Positions 56,647-64,000 of a DNA stretch of 64,000 nucleotides are shown here, piece after piece. Where the stretch lies: assembly GCA_951406725.2 (NCBI GenBank), contig OX597836.1:5456001-5520000 (forward strand), read 5' to 3'. The position numbers and the translations under genes were made by a program. The DNA is from Octopus vulgaris. Lineage: Eukaryota. The notes beneath the pieces were generated by a model that made no database searches, was not told where the DNA came from, and was given only the letters and a program-made list of their open reading frames with translations. Numbering within the stretch: position 1 is the stretch's first letter; every line of letters begins with the position of its first letter.

Positions 56647-57434
56647 GTATATATATACATTCATATATATATATATATATTTACATACGCATGTACACAC
56701 ATACACATACACACATACAACGTTATCGAGACAGCGTTTCATGAGTAAAATGAATTTTCTCCTTCCTCCTTGTTTTAATTTTCGGTTACTTTTTTTTTGT
56801 TCAGTTTTTGCTTTGGCCATTCTTCTTCTTACGTAATCGAACATTAACGCGACTGGTTATTTTCTTATCAGCTCCACTTGGCGAATTCAATTGCGCTGTT
56901 GTCTTTACCGTTCTAGTTTCCGAACTTGCGAAACGGAGACTAAAATCGCGTAAAATCATAACAAAAACGAGCGAAAATAACCAAAAGAAATACCGAAAAC
57001 GACAGCAGCAACTGCAAGAACAACATTACTAGCCACAGCAATGACCACAACAACAGTAACAAGAAGAGCAAATAAGAAAACATGATCTCCGAGGATAATC
57101 CGCATACCGAAAAATCGTCGGCCCACCACATCCATCAAACCGGATGCTTTTCTGACTTCATCATTCAAGTTCCGACATCGTCAACGACGCTACGACCAAC
57201 ATCCTCATCGTCTTCCTACCTCCCACTCCAACATCCCCTCCTCTTCATCATCATCACCATCGTCATCATCATCCTCGTCATCATCGTTATCATTGGTGCT
57301 AGGGGTAGAAAGAAGCAGTATAAGAGGAGAAACCTTGAATTTCTCGAATACTCGAATATATGGCATTCATCATTGCTCTCTCTTGAATCAAGAACTCGTG
57401 TAAAATAGTCACGCTTTTCCTTTCTAGCTAGACT

Positions 57435-57497
57435 TTTCTACCAATTTTTGCTTGATCACTTATGTTTCTACCAATTTTTGCTTGATCACTTATGTTT
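57435..57497. repeat. Perfect 30 bp tandem duplication
   Basis: TTTCTACCAATTTTTGCTTGATCACTTATG x2. Confidence 0.95.
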
Positions 57498-57934
57498 AAG
57501 ACCTCGTTGTGGCCACCAATGCAAGCGAAAGAAAAAGGACAAGGAACAAATGGCTGATTCTACCGTACTACTTTACTCGAGACCGCTTTTCTTCCTTTTA
57601 AAATTGGGTGGTTTTCTTCGATTTGCAAAATTTATATTTTTTTTTTTTCTTTTACAGTTGTTGTTGGTGGTGTTGTTGTCAGCAAAAATCTTTCTAATTG
57701 TTCAAATTGAGGTTTTTAACTGATAAAATATTTTTTTCGTAAGAATTACCTGCGTCTTGTTGTGAAACTCAGTTTGATTTCATTTTTTTTATTCTGACAT
57801 TGAACGGTGAAGTTATTTTCTTTTCATGCATATTTTATATATTTTGTGGTGTTGGTTCTTTGACGAAAATCGATCTTATGGCGATTTTATACAAAAACAG
57901 AATAAAAGCAAAATTCTCCAAACGTTAACAGCCC

Positions 57935-58182
57935 TTATCTCTATCTCTTCCACTTTTCCCTCTTCTTTTCTCTCTCGTGTAGTCTCCAGTTATCTCTCTC
58001 AATCACTCACTTTCTCTCTCTCTCGCTTATGCTCTCTCTTTCACTTTCTATCTCTCTCCTTCTCTTTCTCTCTTTCTCTCTCTCGTTCTCACACTTTCAC
58101 TCACTCTCTCTCTCTCTCATTTCTCACTCTTTCTCTCTCTACCTCTCTCATTCCCTCTCTTTCTCTCTTTTTCTCTTTCTTT
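57935..58182. repeat. Degenerate (CT)n polypyrimidine tract
   Basis: Direct reading. Confidence 0.9.
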
Positions 58183-58807
58183 CTCTTTGCTAAAAATGAT
58201 CAACAACTACAGGGCTTACTAGCAATTGTTAAACAATTTGTTGAGGACATCAGGATGCAATCTGGCCTCGACGAATGTGCAAAAGCTACCTTTATCAAAT
58301 GACAGAAAAATAACAGAAACATCCAACGCTAATCTTGACCAGCAGAATGTCATAAAGGAGTTAGAACCAGCGGAGGGCTACAAATAGCTAAGGGTATTTG
58401 AAGGGGACGGAATCAAGCATTCAATGATGAGGGAAAGGATCAGAAGATAATGTTATCGCAGAGTAAAGGCAATACTCAAGACAGAGCTAAATGCAAGAAA
58501 CAGGATCGAAGTAATCAATACTTTAGCCATACCGGTCGTTTGTAACTTACAGTTTCAATATGAATTAACTGGTCAATTACTGAAATACGTAATCTTGACA
58601 GAAAAATATGAAAACTGTTGACAATGCATAGATTGCAGCGCCCTAAAGCAGATATAGAACGACTTTATCTGCCAAGAAAATATATGACAGCCTTGGTATA
58701 ACAGCAACATGAACTTCTAACTTGTTTCTCTTGACGTCTCTGGGTGAGTCTTGGAGTCAACTTGTACAAATACAAAGCGAAAGTCAAACAGAATGATAAT
58801 AATAAAT
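58183..58807 (+). mobile_element. R4/Dong-like non-LTR retrotransposon fragment (RT C-terminal part joined to a 3' end with short AAT tail)
   Basis: LFAKNDQQLQGLLAIVKQFVEDIRMQSGLDECAK..YK*LRVFEGDGI..YRRVKAILKTELNARNRIEVINTLAIPV..PKADIERLYLPRK; stops and frameshifts. Confidence 0.85.
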
Positions 58808-59383
58808 ACCCAGATGCAGTTCCAGGAAGTGGCTCTCATGGCTTCTGATTTTAACTGATTATGTTATCATGTACATCGTTTTGTCTTGGTATAAAAGATG
58901 GGCCGCAGCAAATATTCTGCTCAATACCACAGATTTGCTTGTCAGTTGCTTGACCTTAACCAGTTGAGCATGTCCCTTAGTGGCTGACGATATGTGCATC
59001 TCTGATCACGAGCAGAAGTAGTGGGGGAGCATCATAGCCGTGTGTTGAAAGGATTTCTTTGACGTTTGAATAATTCACATTTGGAAACATGGGTGTTTTG
59101 TTCAACATCCTTAAACAACCCATATTCAGGGACCTTTTGAGTGGGATGGGTTACTCGACCAGAAGAAAATTCTAACTGGGCCCCACATGCAAGGTCATGT
59201 GCTGTTTATCTTGATATGAGATCACCATGTTGCGCACATATGGTTGTGATGCATGTGCCTGGTGTACCCTTATCAGACGGGCAGTCATGATGGGTATACT
59301 GGGCTTCGTATATTTTACCCCAGTGTCACTTTGATGGCATGCACTGCTCTCTCACTCAATAATAATAATAACAATAATGATAA
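58808..59383 (+). mobile_element. Probable retroelement 3' non-coding segment ending in (AAT)n
   Basis: Complex, GC-richer 550 bp block bounded by AAT repeats on both sides, ending CTCTCTCACTC-(AAT)n; no ORF recognised. Confidence 0.55.
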
Positions 59384-59479
<96 letters not shown>

Positions 59480-59493
59480 CAGTAGTAGTAGTA

Positions 59494-59551
<58 letters not shown>

Positions 59552-59552
59552 T
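59358..59552. repeat. (AAT)n(AGT)n(AAT)n compound microsatellite
   Basis: Direct reading. Confidence 0.97.
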
Positions 59553-60460
<908 letters not shown>

Positions 60461-60855
60461 GTTAAAAGTTTTATAAAGGTGTTAACATACCCATTTTTTG
60501 CTTTTGTTTTCCAATAAACGTAATTATATTAATTCGTGCTCGTATGCGCATGTGCGGTAGGGTTTGTATGTTTGTGAGTGTCTAGTGGTGTATGTATTCT
60601 ATATGAGTCTTTTTGTTTCTTTAACGTCTCTCTCTCTCTCTCCCTCTCTCTCGCTCTCCTTTTACTTTTCATTTTCATTTTTTTATCTATTATATTCTCA
60701 TTTTTTTTTATATTCCTTCGTTAGGTTTTGGCTAATATGCGATATTTGAGGTGTTGATATTAATTAGTTTATAAATGTTTCCTGGAACCGTGTGGAATTA
60801 TAAAGATTTGTCTTTTAATTTCGCACTGTGTGTGTGTGTGTGTGTCAGTGTGTGT

Positions 60856-60910
<55 letters not shown>

Positions 60911-61140
60911 TGTTTAAATCTGTGAGCCTTCGTGCATGTGTTTTATTTGTTTTTCTTTTTATTTTATTTTTATTGCAACACCAGATTCAAACTATAAATA
61001 ATGTGTTGCAACATTTTTTTTTCTTTTGCACGAAGGCCCATCGGTAATAAATGTTTAATATTCCTATCTGGACAGTCAACCAGTGTGTAGGTTACAGTTT
61101 AGTGTGACTCGTTTACTAGTTATAGTTCTTGAAGTATTTT

Positions 61141-61330
61141 CTTTTTTACTTGTCTCAGACATGAGACAGTGACCATGCTGGGGCTCCGATGTGAAGTAGT
61201 TTAGTCTTGTTTTTTCAAGTTTGGTAATTATTCTATTGCACCCTTATGCCGAACCGCTAAGTTACGAGGGCGCAAACAAGCCAACACCGGTTTTCAAGCG
61301 GTGGTGGGGAACAAACAGACGCAAAGATAT
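61141..61330 (-). mobile_element. Decayed family A SINE tail
   Basis: GACCATGCTGG..GCCGAACCGCTAAGTTACG..AAGCGGTGGTGGGGAACAAACA. Confidence 0.75.
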
Positions 61331-61485
61331 GCGTACATACATCCATCCAAACATACATATATACATATATACATACATACATACATCTATCCATTCAACC
61401 ATCCATCTATATATCCATCCATCTATCCATCCACCCATCCATCCATCCATCCATACATACATAAAAACATACATACATATATACA

Positions 61486-61519
<34 letters not shown>

Positions 61520-61747
61520 CATACATATATACATACATACATACATACATGCATGCATGCATATGTACCCATTACCTCTGCTGTTCTGACAGCGACGTGA
61601 AGTTTGATGCAAATATCACCTATTTGTTTGTATCGTACAATACACAATCGAACACTTCTAATAAATCCAAAATTTGATTTTGCTTATATATACACGTGAT
61701 TGTTCAAAAGCTATTTAGCGCCTAAAATCGGTGATTGAGTTGTCAGC

Positions 61748-61821
61748 GGGCAGATTAGCTTAATGGTAAAGCACTCAACCGATGTGCTGGAGGATATGGG
61801 TTCGAAATCCGTGGTTGACAA
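61748..61821 (+). pseudogene. tRNA-like sequence (pseudo-tRNA or SINE head)
   Basis: A box TAGCTTAATGGTAAAGC and B box GGTTCGAAATCC at tRNA spacing; acceptor and anticodon stems do not pair properly. Confidence 0.55.
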
Positions 61822-61930
61822 CTTCTACTACCTTGTAAGGGTAATTATCCTTTATTTCTGCTGTTTTAACGGCTATGTTACGTTCGAGAAAGTATTTCCT
61901 TCTTGTTTATATTGTACAATACACACACAT

Positions 61931-61987
<57 letters not shown>

Positions 61988-62489
61988 GCCTGTGGACAGT
62001 GATTATAAATGCCTGTTGCCGTTCATACAAGAAGTTGAAATGGGATTCCTCTAAGGGAGCTCTGCGAGAAAGTCCTACAGGTAGTTCTAGGTTCTAAATG
62101 TGACAATAAAACACAATATAAAATTTTCGGCAAATAGATGTTTATAATTAGAACTAACCAAGAGTTGAGCGAAAATATGACCATCACCAGCAACATCCGG
62201 ATTGCCGTTATTAATTACAAAATATAGCGGAAGCCAGTACATTTTTTGCACGATATCCTGGAAACAGTAGCCTAATTACCCTCAGCACACACCTTTCCAT
62301 CTGAGTAAAGAAATACGGACGTAGCGATACTTTACTTCTTCTAGTACAATGCAACGAGGAATGGAAAATAATTTTTTAAGGGCTGGAGTGTTTTTGATTA
62401 GAATTTTGTTGGAATCAGTCTATAAAAAAGTTTAAAGGAAATAATAAGACATACTTATGCGCGTGCACGGCACACACACACGCACACAC

Positions 62490-62526
<37 letters not shown>

Positions 62527-62677
62527 CACACGGACACATGGACACACGGACACACACACTTAAACATATTGACAGGTATACGCTTATATTCGCTAATTAG
62601 CTGACGCATGAATTAATATGATTATGCATATTAACAATAAAAAAATGGATATCTTCACACCTTTATAAAAGACTCGT

Positions 62678-63130
62678 TGACGTCGTCGTCGCTGTCGTCA
62701 TCGGGTAAGGCGGCCACGACGACGACGACGACGACGACGTTAACGAGGAGGAGGACGGAAACGAAGTGGAGGGCAAACGTGGCGACGGTGGTGGAAGCGA
62801 CAGCGGCAACAACGATGACAACGATGACGATGTAGAGGAAGGGAAATGGGGGGTGGCGGAAAATGCGGAGGAGGAGGGCGACGAGAAGGAGGAAGAGGAT
62901 GAGGCGGCGGAGGAGGAGGTGTGAAAGAGGAGGAGGGGATGAAATAGGAGGAGGAAATGAGGAGGAGGAGGAGGAGCAGCAGGAGCAGGAAATGGGGAAG
63001 AGGAAGGGAATGATGATGAGGGGAGGTGAAGGGAAGCAGAGGTGAGGATGAGCAGACCGGTATGAGGAGGAAGATGGAGAAGAGTGGAGGAGGAGGACAT
63101 GGAGGAGGTGGGGAAGGTGATGGCGGTGAT
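62678..63130. repeat. GC-rich, purine-biased low-complexity tract (GAC/GGA/GAG)n
   Basis: Direct reading; source of the poly-Pro/Ser ORFs on the minus strand. Confidence 0.85.
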
Positions 63131-63795
63131 GCCGTCATATTCTTTGATGAGTCCGGATTTGCTGTATTTTCCGACAGTAGTCGTGTGTTGTCTGGAGATT
63201 CTGTCACCCAGAATTTGACGTGAAAATATTGCAACCAACAATGAAACAAGACAGCTATTCTATGATGGTCTGTGAAGCAATTTGGAGCAATGGCGGATCA
63301 GAGCTAGTGGAGTGTGAGAGAAACAAAAACTCAGATAAATATGAGTCCATATTGCAGAAATGATTAAAGAAGGCTCTTTATTTATGGAAGATGGAACTCC
63401 TTGTCATCTTGCTAAAATGACTAAAGTTTTGTTGGACGAGAATGGTAGTAAAAAGTTTCCATGGCCAAGTCAGTCACCAGATATAAAACCTATTGAAAAC
63501 CTCTGGCACATAAGGGACAGAACACTTCATAAAAAGAACGAGAGAGCATCTTCAAAGCCAGATCTGTTGAGACTACTGCATGAAACTTGGCAGAAACTTT
63601 GCAAGAGAATATTCGTCATCTGATCAGTAGAATGGTTTTTAGGGTCCTTGCAATGAAAAATGCAAAGGGCATGTCTACTAAATATTAAATATTCATATTA
63701 TAATAATTGATTAATGCTTTGAATGTATAATTTCATATTTAAATAAATTTTAATATTTATAAGGGTGTGTATTTACTTCTGTCATGTATGTCTAT
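63131..63795 (+). mobile_element. Decayed Tc1-like (DD34E) transposase, catalytic domain to 3' end
   Basis: VIFFDESGF..FMEDGTPCHLAKMTKVLLDENGSKKFPWPSQSPDIKPIENLW..KGMSTKY*; 34 residues from D to E. Confidence 0.9.
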
Positions 63796-63935
63796 ATATA
63801 TATATATATATATATACATATATATAGATAAACATCTCCCGCCATATATGTGTCTGTGTGTGTGTGTGATTGTGTAACAAACACCTGTATCTCTCCTTCT
63901 CCCTCTATCTCTCACTCTCCATAAATATATTGATG

Positions 63936-63967
<32 letters not shown>

Positions 63968-64000
63968 AAGAAAGAGAGAGATTATATACTTGTTTAAATG

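Noticed and set aside
61748-61821. Functional tRNA gene
   Set aside because: A and B boxes present but the cloverleaf stems are broken; kept only as a pseudo-tRNA or SINE head
62663-63249. Pro/Ser-rich 192-aa and 169-aa minus-strand ORFs
   Set aside because: Antisense of a (GGA/GAC)n low-complexity tract fused to a Tc1 fossil

Overview
This is AT-rich, microsatellite-saturated animal genomic DNA. It is most likely intergenic or deep-intronic sequence from a coleoid cephalopod (Octopus-like); that call is my inference from the SINE repertoire and repeat density, not a database result. I recognise no intact protein-coding gene, and almost every ORF in the track is a translation of (TA)n, (CA)n, (TATG)n, (AGAT)n or trinucleotide repeats. 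The window does hold: (i) more than 20 copies of three modular tRNA-derived SINE types, several with 14-16 bp target-site duplications; (ii) decayed Tc1/mariner transposases with DD34E, DD37D/maT, probable DD36E and mariner signatures; (iii) three complete non-autonomous Helitron-like elements; (iv) a fold-back MITE family; (v) Penelope-like GIY-YIG remnants; (vi) a stack of (AAT)n-tailed retroelements including R4/Dong-like RT and restriction-like endonuclease fragments. The most interesting signal is a set of six reasonably clear minimal type-I hammerhead-ribozyme-like folds, plus several eroded ones, with palindromic helix III. Four belong to one short dispersed family in which helix I covaries between copies. 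A few unique-sequence islands are possible exons but match no protein I know. Boundaries of decayed elements are approximate.
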